A DNA stretch of 64,000 nucleotides from an uncultured virus (IMG/VR IMGVR_UViG_3300044634_002018) (taxonomy: Duplodnaviria > Heunggongvirae > Uroviricota > Caudoviricetes), in the IMG/VR virus record IMGVR_UViG_3300044634_002018; one strand, 5' to 3'. A program made the position numbers and the translations under genes. Below, one piece after another: positions 39,354 to 48,849 of this stretch. A model generated the notes under the pieces. The model had not been told where the DNA came from, did no database searches, and saw only the letters and a list, made by a program, of their open reading frames with translations. The number at the start of each line of letters is the position of its first letter. Within the stretch, counting starts at the first letter, position 1.

Positions 39354-42300
39354 ACCTAAGTTTATTGAATTGTAAATTAATTATAAAAGACCCTTTACTC
39401 TCAAAACAACTTGGGAATAAATTCGACAACATAGAGGACTTCAAGAAAGCACTCAAAAAGGCTTTATTGGTGGACAAAAAAGCAATTCCAGTTTCTTTGG
39501 ATTTCCAAGGACAAAAAGGGGTTGCTAAAAAACTCAAGTTTTTACAAGTTATAGACACAGCAAATGGTCTTGAGGTGCAAGTTTCTTTGCCCAACCTCGA
39601 ACTGGGTAAGAACTTAAAAGGTTTAGTTAAGGGGGCTACCGTGAATAAGTACAGCATCACTATCCCTGACATTAATACGGAATTAGGAAAGGCTTCTGAC
39701 TTAGACACTCTAGCCACACTTTTCTTAGGAAACTACTTTTTACCTGATGCTTCTAATGTAAAGAATGTCCTAGAAAACCAAGTCCCTAAAATACTTGAAA
39801 AAACTGACAAACAAAGCAGCAAATTCTTAAACTCAGTAATAGGAGACAACGGGATTATTGACTATTATTTAGAGATAGCCAAGGATTTTGGCGTAGAAAT
39901 AGATGACTCAATATCTAAGTCAATAGCAGAAAAACGTGCCAATCTAGTGATGGGATTTGAGCCTGTTACACTTGATAACTTTAAGGACTACGAGGAGAAA
40001 GAGGTGGTGGCTCCAGAACCTATCACCAAAACAACTGCCTCTAAAGGGTTGATTTTCAAGACTTTCAGCACAAGTACTGATGAATTGGATTTGGCCAGAC
40101 AAGCCCTGATCTTAGGGCTAGAAGGAGAAACTAGAGTTAAAGTGGTGAGAGCCAGTGAAGATTTTGTGCAACCTTTAGCCAATGGAGTTCCTTTAACAAG
40201 GGCTCAAGTTAATTCTGGGAAAGGAGTAGTTGCTATTTTAGAAAGGAAAGAAAACGGTGTATGGAAGCCATTATATTTAACCTCTAAACCTAAACAATTT
40301 GAGGCTGGTGAATTGACTACTGATAAGTCAAAGGCGTATATATTTGATTACAAGATAGAAGAAGAAAGAAAAAGAGGTTCTCAACTTTACCTATCCGTGC
40401 CTTCTCAGAAACGTGCAGAATTTGAGCAGTTGTTGAGTGAAGGAAAAGAAATAACTTACAGGGTAGAAGCAACCTCTGTGGACAGCGAGTATAAAAGTTT
40501 TAAAGAGAGAGGAGTAACTCTTGACCAAATATTCATTCCTGATAAAGAAGCACCATTTGGGGACAGAGGTGTACCTAGATTAAGAGGGCCTAAAGGTGTT
40601 GAATTAATTTCCATTGGAACCCTTACTGATGGAGAGGAATTGCACAAAGAGGTTTTAGGGTTAATGGCAGGCGATTACAAATCTTTTGCAGAAGTTTCTA
40701 AAGTTATTAATTACCTGAACGAAATATTAATGCTAGGTGAATTCACCACTCCCAAAGATGTTCAAACATACGAAGAGGCTTTAACCAAAGGAATTAAAGT
40801 TACAAGCAGAGGAATTGCTTTTTACCCTTACAAGGAAGGTGACAATTTCAAGATAGAATATTCAGTCGAAAGGTATAAAAGTGAGGGAAGTTATGTGACT
40901 GAAACCAATCAAAAACCAGTGCGTGAAATAACACCCAAGGTTAGATTGGCTCTATTAGGTCAGAGAATACGTGTACCCAAAACATTCGAGGGAAACAGTG
41001 TAGGTAGTTACACCAAAAGGTTAACTTATGACAATGGTATTAAAGACACCTTATGGCCCAAACCTGAACAGGAAGAATATTTACTAGGAAAACTAAGCAC
41101 TAGATTAACCCAAGTAAACGGTAGGTTGGGTTATGCAGAAAACTATGTATTTACTTACGATAGGGACAGACTTGAAGTTTCTGATATTCAAGAGGTTCAA
41201 GATTTCCCAGTAGGAACAGTTCCTATCAATTCAATCAAAGGGGAACCACTAAGCGAGCAAGGTGAATTGGTTTATTCTCTTTTGAAAGAGGGTAAGTCAG
41301 TCAATTTCCTGTCTGATGCTGAAATGGACAAATTAGGCACTGACTTAATAGCAGCCTATACTAATGGTCAAATTTATTTAAGGGCTTCCCAAATTACCAA
41401 GGGAAATGTAAAAGGATACGTACTTGAAGAATTGATCCATGCTTACACAGCAGATAATTTAGGCTCCCAAAAAGACACAGTAGAATACCAAGAATTAGAC
41501 AGACTAAGAAACCATCTTAGAAGTATGTATAGTATTGACAGAATGCAGTATTATACAGAAAGCATGGAAGAGTTTGTAACTTCCTTGACTATGCCTTTTA
41601 TGCAGGACTTGATTAAAGAATCAGGTTTTACTTATGAGACAACAAGCAACCAAGGAATTTACGAATACATTCTTGGTCTTTTAAATGAGTTAATGTCTAA
41701 AATAGCCAGTTTATTCTACGAGAATCCAAGCATACAAGAGCAAGTTACTTTTGATCTTCTCAAATTGATATTTAACAGGACTTCAAAAGTTCAACAATTT
41801 GTAGAAAATGTACCCTCGGAGATAGGACCTAAGAAAAGAACTTTAGTAAGCAAGAAAAAAATACTAGGTTCATTTGACCGTGTACCAGAAATACCTGTTG
41901 CTCATTTAGACATGTTACTCTCGAATCTGGCATGGGATATAGGGCAGTTTGCTGATCTTTTAAATGGAGATTTGGATGCTGAATTGGTTAAAGAAGTGCT
42001 ATTAGAAGAGTTAGAATTAGAATCTAAAGACCCTTTAAGGGCTGAGTATCTTAAACCTTTCTTGAAAGACTTTGATGCTACTTTTGAGACTTGGTTAAAA
42101 TCCTCAAAACTAGCGGAACTTGAAGTAAAAGACAAAACTCAGTCTGATACCGAGACTAAATTTCAAGACAGAACAGAAAGTTCTATCAGTTCAGTAGATG
42201 CTGGTACTAAATATGCGAGAGTGTTTATTAAAATGATTCCTAAGATCCTCCTAGAAGATGGGGAACCAGTAATGGATAATGGACAGTATGTTTATGCCAA

Positions 42301-45300
42301 GGATAAAAACGGTAATTTAATTCCTAGTGATTATACTACCTTATGGAACAGTATTGCTGATGCAGTGCATGGCTCACTTGACATCGAGGAAATTAAGGAA
42401 AAATTAAAAGGCTACAAAAAATTGCCTGAAATGAACATAGTGCTAGAACGCCTAGAGCAATTAACTGGCACAGGAGATAGTGCTTATGAAGAAATGTTTA
42501 TTTTGAAAGGAATAGAGCAATCTTTTTCAAAGGTTTTAGTGCCTACTATTATAGTCAAGCAGAAAGAAATAAACTCTAAAGATAATTGGTATGAGCAAGA
42601 GGAGTATGGAGAGCCAGTGTATGAAGAGGAAATGTTTGAGCAAGAATTTGCAGGTCTTAATACCCAATACTCTAAAGAAAGACCTGACCGGAAATTTTCT
42701 TATGATATTTTTGAATCAGGAAGACTAGATGCACAAAATATTAAGTCTGCAATGTTGGACAGTTTTAAGGCTTTTGCAGACAAGGAGTTTGATGAGTTGA
42801 CACCTAACTCTCTCTTAGATTACTTAAACAAGGAGTTAAAAACAATCAGAGGTGGATACACTGAGGACAGCATAAAAAAAGTAATGAAAAACTTCGGGGT
42901 AAATATCACTTCTCAGATGGAATCATATCCTACTGTACGTAACGAGGTTTACTCCGTTAGTGGAAATTTCTTGACAAAATTGGTAAATAAGTTAGAATAC
43001 GTAAAGAACACAGAACTAGAAATTACTTTTGATATATTTGACTTTTTAGAAAATGCTCAAGAAATAGACGGTAAGAAGTTTATAGGATACAAAGGAGTTG
43101 TTCTTGACTTCCAAAACACCATGTCAAAGTATTTGCCATATTCTACGAGTAATATGACTAAAAACCCAGAGGGGAAGAATCAGAGCAATCTGCATAATTT
43201 TTCTTCTTATCTGCTTAATATTAAGTTTATAAACGAAGGTAATTTTGAACGGGTAGAAAGGTTAAGAAATCCTATCGCCAAGTACTCATTGGCATTAAAT
43301 GCGGTTAAAGGTGGTGCTAAAATAACCCCTCTTAATGTATCAGGAACACAATTCTTAGAGAATGGAACCAATACTATCTCCTTGCCTACGATTGAGTATG
43401 TAAGACAAGAATTGGTCACTGTGTTGGAGGGTGGCTTCAAAGAGAACCTTCGAGCAGAAACAGCATCTTCTTCATTTGGGTTTAGAGTGGCTTATGGTAA
43501 ATCAAGCACTGTTGCAGGAACTTACCTTCCATTGGGCACTAAAAATGTAATAGAAAATGCCAAGGTTCAATTCAAACAATACTTAAAAGGAGAACTAGAA
43601 AGAGTTTGGCTAGAGAGAAATGAACCTACTAAATATGGCTCTAAATTCTACGAAAACAAAAAACAAGGTTTAACATTTTTTAGTTTTTTAGATGACACTT
43701 TTTTGACTGATCTTGATCTCGTGTCTTTGGAGCAGGTGTCTCAATTTGTAGAGGACAGAAAAGAGGAATTTTACGAGCAATTCGAGGCATACTTTGAGGC
43801 TCAAAAACAAGACTTTAAAAATTGGATTCTTCAAGAGACTGGTCAACCAGTAGATGAAAGCCATCCTATATTCCTTTCTCAATTACAGAAAGAAGCATCT
43901 GAGGACTTAGAGGGATTATTAGATAAGTTTCTTCTCAATTCCTTGGTAATGTCCATCGAAGAAATTATTTTGTTTCATGGAGAACTGGGGCAATTTGACA
44001 AAATATACAAAAGGTTAAAGTCTAACATTTCAAACGGTACTCCTTTTGTAATGTCACAGGCTGCACAGACCGTATTTAAAGAAAGGCTCCAAGGAGGCAC
44101 TTTCTCAGAGGCTTTTGGGGTTAGACCAGAATATTACAATGACACCACTAAAATGAAATCCATAGTTCTGAAAGAGGCTAAAATGAAGGCTTCTCCAGAA
44201 CAGATTAAGAACTTAACAGAAGGTGCTAAAAACTCATTAAAATTAACTGATGAGTTTTTTGGTAGAACTCCTGAGAACTTGGAAGAAAGAGCATCCGAAG
44301 TTGTGGCTCCTTATGGAAACTCTACTAAAGAAGATGGTCCAAGTTCTGACATAGGAGATGGTGAAGGTTGGGTACATCCTGATGCTTATAGAATTATGTG
44401 TCAAGCAGTAAATTCTTGGGGACCTGAAAAAGAAGAAGGTTTTCAATACTTAGCAACTAAATTTAAGAAAGAAAAAGGATTCATAATCTCAGAACAAGAA
44501 CAAGTGCTGTTTGAGCAAGTCGAATTAAACATCAAAGAAAAAGGTTGGTACTTTCAGTTTCCTAAGTTGAAATTCCAATACAGAGGTTCTGCAAGACCTG
44601 CTAGTAAAACTAATGTAGCAGTAGAGTTATTGGACAAGTTTGCTCTTACTCCTTTGTTTCCTGACTTTATCAAAGGAACATTAGCAGAACAGCATTTTGA
44701 GCAAATGTCAAAACAAGGCATAGCATACGGTAAATTTCAATCAGGAACCAAGTTAGGAACATTTAATGCTGATGATTGGCAAGTGGTTAAAGAGTACGAA
44801 TCTGTGCACGAAATAGACACTGTTTATTTAAAGGAGCAAGTAAAAACTCCTGATTACATCAAGACAGAAAATTTGATGGGTTCTCAGAAAAGAAAGTTGG
44901 TTCTTTCTAACATCTCCTTAAATGGGGAGTTTATGAACTCACTCAAGTCTGCGGTAGGTAACTGGATAGAGGGCCAAAGAGAACTTGCAGAAAATGCTAG
45001 GGAAACTTTGATGAAAGACTTAGGAGCAGAGGATGGACAAGTAGATGTTTATAAAGTTGTAGAATTAATCAAGGAAGAGTTAGAAAGCAGAGATTTACCT
45101 TTGGCTTATACTGAATTATTCGACAATTACTCAGGTCAAAACCTCGAAGAATCTTTAAGTCCTCAAAGTGTTGAAACCTTAATATATTCGCTTTTAAAAA
45201 ATCGTATTGTGAAAGCCAAGTTTCCGGGTGGGCAATTGGTTCAAGTGGCTCCTGCATTATTTGGTGCAGAAGAATTAGAGTTTTATCGTTATGAAAATGG

Positions 45301-48300
45301 AGAAGTGTTACCTGCTGATTGTATGGTCACACTTTCAGGGGATTTTTTGAATCTTTTGAACCTCCCAGAAGTAACTAATAACACTCTCGAAGAACTCAAC
45401 GAGTTATTAAAAGACAAGGCTTTCCGCAAAAAATATAAAAAAGAATTAACTCTTTCTGCTTATCGTATTCCAACACAAGGTCTGAACTCTATGGACATAT
45501 TTATGGTCAAGAGATTCTTGCCTCAATGGATGGGTAATACTATTGTACCACCCCCACAAATTGTTACCAAATCAGGTACGGATTATGACTATGATAAGGA
45601 AAGTGTAATTTTACCTTCTATTGGTAAGAACGGTAGGTACATAACTGCTCCCAATGAAAACTATTTGTCAGAAAAATATGAGCAATTGTACGAGGAGTTA
45701 ATGAGTCAAATAGACATTATTAAGTCTTCCCCTCTTTCTCAGATTTTAGGGATTATTTCTGACAAGTCTGGATTTAATGTAAATGAAGATATAATTGATA
45801 TAGTAAAATCTCGTCTTGTTAAAAAAGGTGAGGTTATAACAAAAGAAGCATTTATTCAGGCTGCCAAAGATAGCGTGTTCAAACAAGTAAAACACAACAA
45901 AGTCTTAGAAGCAAGCAAAGACATAGTTTTGAATCCTGTCAATTTCCACAGGTTAATCACCCCCAATACTGATGCTCTTATCAAGGGTGCAGTAGAAGAA
46001 GTGACTGCTAAATTGTATCCGGGTGTAGGTAAGGTAAATGCAGAGCCTCAATTGAGTAGAGTGTTCAGTTACACTACTCACTTAAAGAAATGGAAAGCAG
46101 TTAAGATTAAAGACCTCTTAGGGATAGGTGCTGTTGCAAACACTTTCTACACGTTAATGCAAACAGTAGATTTTAAACTCAATAGTTTTTTGACTATCAA
46201 TGAAGTAGGCTTTGAGTTTAATGTACCTTTGTTGACCGAGGAAGAACAAAAATTGGTAAAAATTTCAGACCCTTTTATCATTGACAAAGAGAGAACTACG
46301 TTAGATAAGTTAGAGATCATTAACCAGTTCATCAATATCACAGTGGATGCTGCTTCTAATGACATTGCAGGTTACACGAATCTTATCTCAGACAATACAG
46401 GATTTGTGATGTTTCAGACTATGCTTGGAACTCCTTTACCAAAAGTTCTTAAACTTCTTCACCAGCCTGAGATTTACACGTACCACCAAAAAATAAACGT
46501 ATTGGTAGGAAAGGGTTATTCAAGAGGAGAGGCTAAAAAAGAAGCCATGCTTGAACTGTTAGAAATAGACCCTGTAATAGTCACTCAAGACGGAACATTT
46601 CCCAAGTCCAACAAAAAAATATGGGAAGACATTAAACGCATAGGTTACTCTAATCCTTTGAACTTGAGGGAAATACAACCTCTTGGTTCTAGGTCAACTT
46701 TCAACAAAGAAGTCCTAGTGTATTATCTTGTGGGCTTAGCACAAGCAGATGCACTGCGTAAAGTCCAAAGCAAAAATAACTTTGACACCAGTACTAACCC
46801 TTCTTACAAAATGAGTAACATCCAAGAAGAAAATCCTGATGTAGAAGTTGATGGACTTTTCAGCCTTGAATCCTCTGATAAAATTCACAATGATTCTGTA
46901 ATTTCCCACTTGAATGTCCACGAAGAGTTTAAGTTAATATCCGAGGCTGCTTTTGGAATCAAAAACGATAAAGTATTTGTAGATTTTGTGACCCAAAAAG
47001 GGCTAGGAGTTAAAAGTGATAAAGAGAAATTCGTAAGGGTTATTGACAATGACTTCTTAATGGCCATTATTCAGAATTTAGGAAATGAAGATCTGGTAGA
47101 GGTTCAGAATCTAATGACTGGCCCACTAATGGATACTTGGGCGAATTTAAAAGAAAAGTACCCGGAATTAAAAGACACAGTATTAGGTTCTAAGTTAATT
47201 GCAGACAGGTACGAAGATTTTGTAAATCCTATGTATTTTGTAGGCTTAGACAATGACACGGATACTTATGACACACTCGCTCAAGACATCCAAAATTTAC
47301 TAAACGGAACACCAGATCAAGCACAATTTGCTAAAGATCTGGTTAGGGTTGCCTTCTTTCAGAGTGGTTTCAACCAGAGTAAGTTGTATATGTTAAAGGG
47401 TATTCCTCCAAGTATGATTACTGCAATCACTTCCGAGGCTTACACAAAGTTCACTAGACTAGGTGAGAAACAGAAACAAGAGTTCATCAATAAATTCTGG
47501 CAGAAGTTTTTACAAAACCGAGTATTAGAATTTGGTAGTTCTTTTGTCAAAGAGTATAATCCTGCTGGTGTTAATGCGGTTAAAGCAATGTTTGACAAAA
47601 GGAATTTCAGATTTATGAAATACCAGTTTGATTTTAACGAGCAAGTCCAAAGCATACCTGTTACCATTGAAATTACACCTAAATCAACTAATTACACCGA
47701 GCATACTTTATACTCAGGTGATGCAATCGGTGCTGATAAACTGTGGGCTGCACAAAGTAAAGAATTTGGAGTAGGTAAAACAGTCAATTATAAAGTTGAA
47801 ACTTTAAACTCATTAACTAAGCCTCAACAAGAAGAAGTGGAGTCTGCTTATTTGAAAGCAAAAGATGATTTGGGTAGAAAAACTCTGTCTTACAACTGGG
47901 TTAGTCCTCAAAGAGAAGATTATGTGGGTGGTTTAGTAAGAAGGGATTATTTACAGGCAAAAGCAGCAGATGCTATTTTTGCAATAAGTGATATAATTGG
48001 AGTTGGAGAAAAAGGTAAAGCATCCAAAGGTACCAGATACACCAGCAAATCTAGTAAAGAAATAGTTGATGGTGGTACAGGTTATGCAGTACAAATGGCT
48101 ATTAATTTAGGAAAACCTGTTTATGTGTTTCACCAAGGTACTAATTCTGACAACAAAGCAAGTGTTGGTTGGTACAAGTGGGATTACAGCACTGAAAAAT
48201 TTGTTTCAGTACCTACACCAGTATTGACTAAAAAATTTGCAGGTATTGGTACTCGTGAAATTAATGAAGCAGGTAAGCAAGCAATCAAAGAAATATTTAA

Positions 48301-48847
48301 TAATTCTGTAAACACTCCTAGTGTTGAACCAGTATCTGTGACAAATCAAAATGTGTTTTCTTGGAATGCAGTAAAGCAAACCTTGGGGATTAAACCTTCT
48401 TTTGAAAATTCCCCTTTAACAGAAAAAGAAATATCTAAAATTTCATTTGAACAAATAGAAGAAAGACAAAGGTTTCCTCAAAGTAAAACTGATATTCTTG
48501 CTTCTGATTTTGGAGGGAAAAAAGGAGTAAGGTTAACAGCAGAAACTTTTAAACGTAACTTTGATAAAAACTGGTTACAAGAAAGAGGAATTAATTACGT
48601 ATCCAACAAAGGTCAATCACTTGATCTCTATCTTGAGGACTTGAATGACACTTATAAGTTAGGATTTACAGTAGATGACGTAATAGATTTTATTTCTGAG
48701 AATAAGTCTCCAAGTGCATATTGGATTTCAGAACAGAAAAGAATAGAGACTGCTTTAAGGTCTGAAATTAGTTCTCCTTTATTAGATGATAAAGTCGTAG
48801 ATTTGTGCGCAATTAAAGGCAAACCTAACAATAACATACCATTTTAA
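39350..48847 (+). CDS. Giant virion-packaged double-psi-beta-barrel RNA polymerase (crAss-like), with zincin-like and SLOG-like accessory domains
   Basis: YRIPTQGLNSM followed by KSGTDYDYDK (DxDxD at 45581-45595); GDGEGW, KLG and ITVDAA motifs; EELIH at 41426; start at ATG 39350, 3165 aa. Confidence 0.9.
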   Translation: MNLSLLNCKLIIKDPLLSKQLGNKFDNIEDFKKALKKALLVDKKAIPVSLDFQGQKGVAKKLKFLQVIDTANGLEVQVSLPNLELGKNLKGLVKGATVNKYSITIPDINTELGKASDLDTLATLFLGNYFLPDASNVKNVLENQVPKILEKTDKQSSKFLNSVIGDNGIIDYYLEIAKDFGVEIDDSISKSIAEKRANLVMGFEPVTLDNFKDYEEKEVVAPEPITKTTASKGLIFKTFSTSTDELDLARQALILGLEGETRVKVVRASEDFVQPLANGVPLTRAQVNSGKGVVAILERKENGVWKPLYLTSKPKQFEAGELTTDKSKAYIFDYKIEEERKRGSQLYLSVPSQKRAEFEQLLSEGKEITYRVEATSVDSEYKSFKERGVTLDQIFIPDKEAPFGDRGVPRLRGPKGVELISIGTLTDGEELHKEVLGLMAGDYKSFAEVSKVINYLNEILMLGEFTTPKDVQTYEEALTKGIKVTSRGIAFYPYKEGDNFKIEYSVERYKSEGSYVTETNQKPVREITPKVRLALLGQRIRVPKTFEGNSVGSYTKRLTYDNGIKDTLWPKPEQEEYLLGKLSTRLTQVNGRLGYAENYVFTYDRDRLEVSDIQEVQDFPVGTVPINSIKGEPLSEQGELVYSLLKEGKSVNFLSDAEMDKLGTDLIAAYTNGQIYLRASQITKGNVKGYVLEELIHAYTADNLGSQKDTVEYQELDRLRNHLRSMYSIDRMQYYTESMEEFVTSLTMPFMQDLIKESGFTYETTSNQGIYEYILGLLNELMSKIASLFYENPSIQEQVTFDLLKLIFNRTSKVQQFVENVPSEIGPKKRTLVSKKKILGSFDRVPEIPVAHLDMLLSNLAWDIGQFADLLNGDLDAELVKEVLLEELELESKDPLRAEYLKPFLKDFDATFETWLKSSKLAELEVKDKTQSDTETKFQDRTESSISSVDAGTKYARVFIKMIPKILLEDGEPVMDNGQYVYAKDKNGNLIPSDYTTLWNSIADAVHGSLDIEEIKEKLKGYKKLPEMNIVLERLEQLTGTGDSAYEEMFILKGIEQSFSKVLVPTIIVKQKEINSKDNWYEQEEYGEPVYEEEMFEQEFAGLNTQYSKERPDRKFSYDIFESGRLDAQNIKSAMLDSFKAFADKEFDELTPNSLLDYLNKELKTIRGGYTEDSIKKVMKNFGVNITSQMESYPTVRNEVYSVSGNFLTKLVNKLEYVKNTELEITFDIFDFLENAQEIDGKKFIGYKGVVLDFQNTMSKYLPYSTSNMTKNPEGKNQSNLHNFSSYLLNIKFINEGNFERVERLRNPIAKYSLALNAVKGGAKITPLNVSGTQFLENGTNTISLPTIEYVRQELVTVLEGGFKENLRAETASSSFGFRVAYGKSSTVAGTYLPLGTKNVIENAKVQFKQYLKGELERVWLERNEPTKYGSKFYENKKQGLTFFSFLDDTFLTDLDLVSLEQVSQFVEDRKEEFYEQFEAYFEAQKQDFKNWILQETGQPVDESHPIFLSQLQKEASEDLEGLLDKFLLNSLVMSIEEIILFHGELGQFDKIYKRLKSNISNGTPFVMSQAAQTVFKERLQGGTFSEAFGVRPEYYNDTTKMKSIVLKEAKMKASPEQIKNLTEGAKNSLKLTDEFFGRTPENLEERASEVVAPYGNSTKEDGPSSDIGDGEGWVHPDAYRIMCQAVNSWGPEKEEGFQYLATKFKKEKGFIISEQEQVLFEQVELNIKEKGWYFQFPKLKFQYRGSARPASKTNVAVELLDKFALTPLFPDFIKGTLAEQHFEQMSKQGIAYGKFQSGTKLGTFNADDWQVVKEYESVHEIDTVYLKEQVKTPDYIKTENLMGSQKRKLVLSNISLNGEFMNSLKSAVGNWIEGQRELAENARETLMKDLGAEDGQVDVYKVVELIKEELESRDLPLAYTELFDNYSGQNLEESLSPQSVETLIYSLLKNRIVKAKFPGGQLVQVAPALFGAEELEFYRYENGEVLPADCMVTLSGDFLNLLNLPEVTNNTLEELNELLKDKAFRKKYKKELTLSAYRIPTQGLNSMDIFMVKRFLPQWMGNTIVPPPQIVTKSGTDYDYDKESVILPSIGKNGRYITAPNENYLSEKYEQLYEELMSQIDIIKSSPLSQILGIISDKSGFNVNEDIIDIVKSRLVKKGEVITKEAFIQAAKDSVFKQVKHNKVLEASKDIVLNPVNFHRLITPNTDALIKGAVEEVTAKLYPGVGKVNAEPQLSRVFSYTTHLKKWKAVKIKDLLGIGAVANTFYTLMQTVDFKLNSFLTINEVGFEFNVPLLTEEEQKLVKISDPFIIDKERTTLDKLEIINQFINITVDAASNDIAGYTNLISDNTGFVMFQTMLGTPLPKVLKLLHQPEIYTYHQKINVLVGKGYSRGEAKKEAMLELLEIDPVIVTQDGTFPKSNKKIWEDIKRIGYSNPLNLREIQPLGSRSTFNKEVLVYYLVGLAQADALRKVQSKNNFDTSTNPSYKMSNIQEENPDVEVDGLFSLESSDKIHNDSVISHLNVHEEFKLISEAAFGIKNDKVFVDFVTQKGLGVKSDKEKFVRVIDNDFLMAIIQNLGNEDLVEVQNLMTGPLMDTWANLKEKYPELKDTVLGSKLIADRYEDFVNPMYFVGLDNDTDTYDTLAQDIQNLLNGTPDQAQFAKDLVRVAFFQSGFNQSKLYMLKGIPPSMITAITSEAYTKFTRLGEKQKQEFINKFWQKFLQNRVLEFGSSFVKEYNPAGVNAVKAMFDKRNFRFMKYQFDFNEQVQSIPVTIEITPKSTNYTEHTLYSGDAIGADKLWAAQSKEFGVGKTVNYKVETLNSLTKPQQEEVESAYLKAKDDLGRKTLSYNWVSPQREDYVGGLVRRDYLQAKAADAIFAISDIIGVGEKGKASKGTRYTSKSSKEIVDGGTGYAVQMAINLGKPVYVFHQGTNSDNKASVGWYKWDYSTEKFVSVPTPVLTKKFAGIGTREINEAGKQAIKEIFNNSVNTPSVEPVSVTNQNVFSWNAVKQTLGIKPSFENSPLTEKEISKISFEQIEERQRFPQSKTDILASDFGGKKGVRLTAETFKRNFDKNWLQERGINYVSNKGQSLDLYLEDLNDTYKLGFTVDDVIDFISENKSPSAYWISEQKRIETALRSEISSPLLDDKVVDLCAIKGKPNNNIPF

Positions 48848-48849
48848 AT

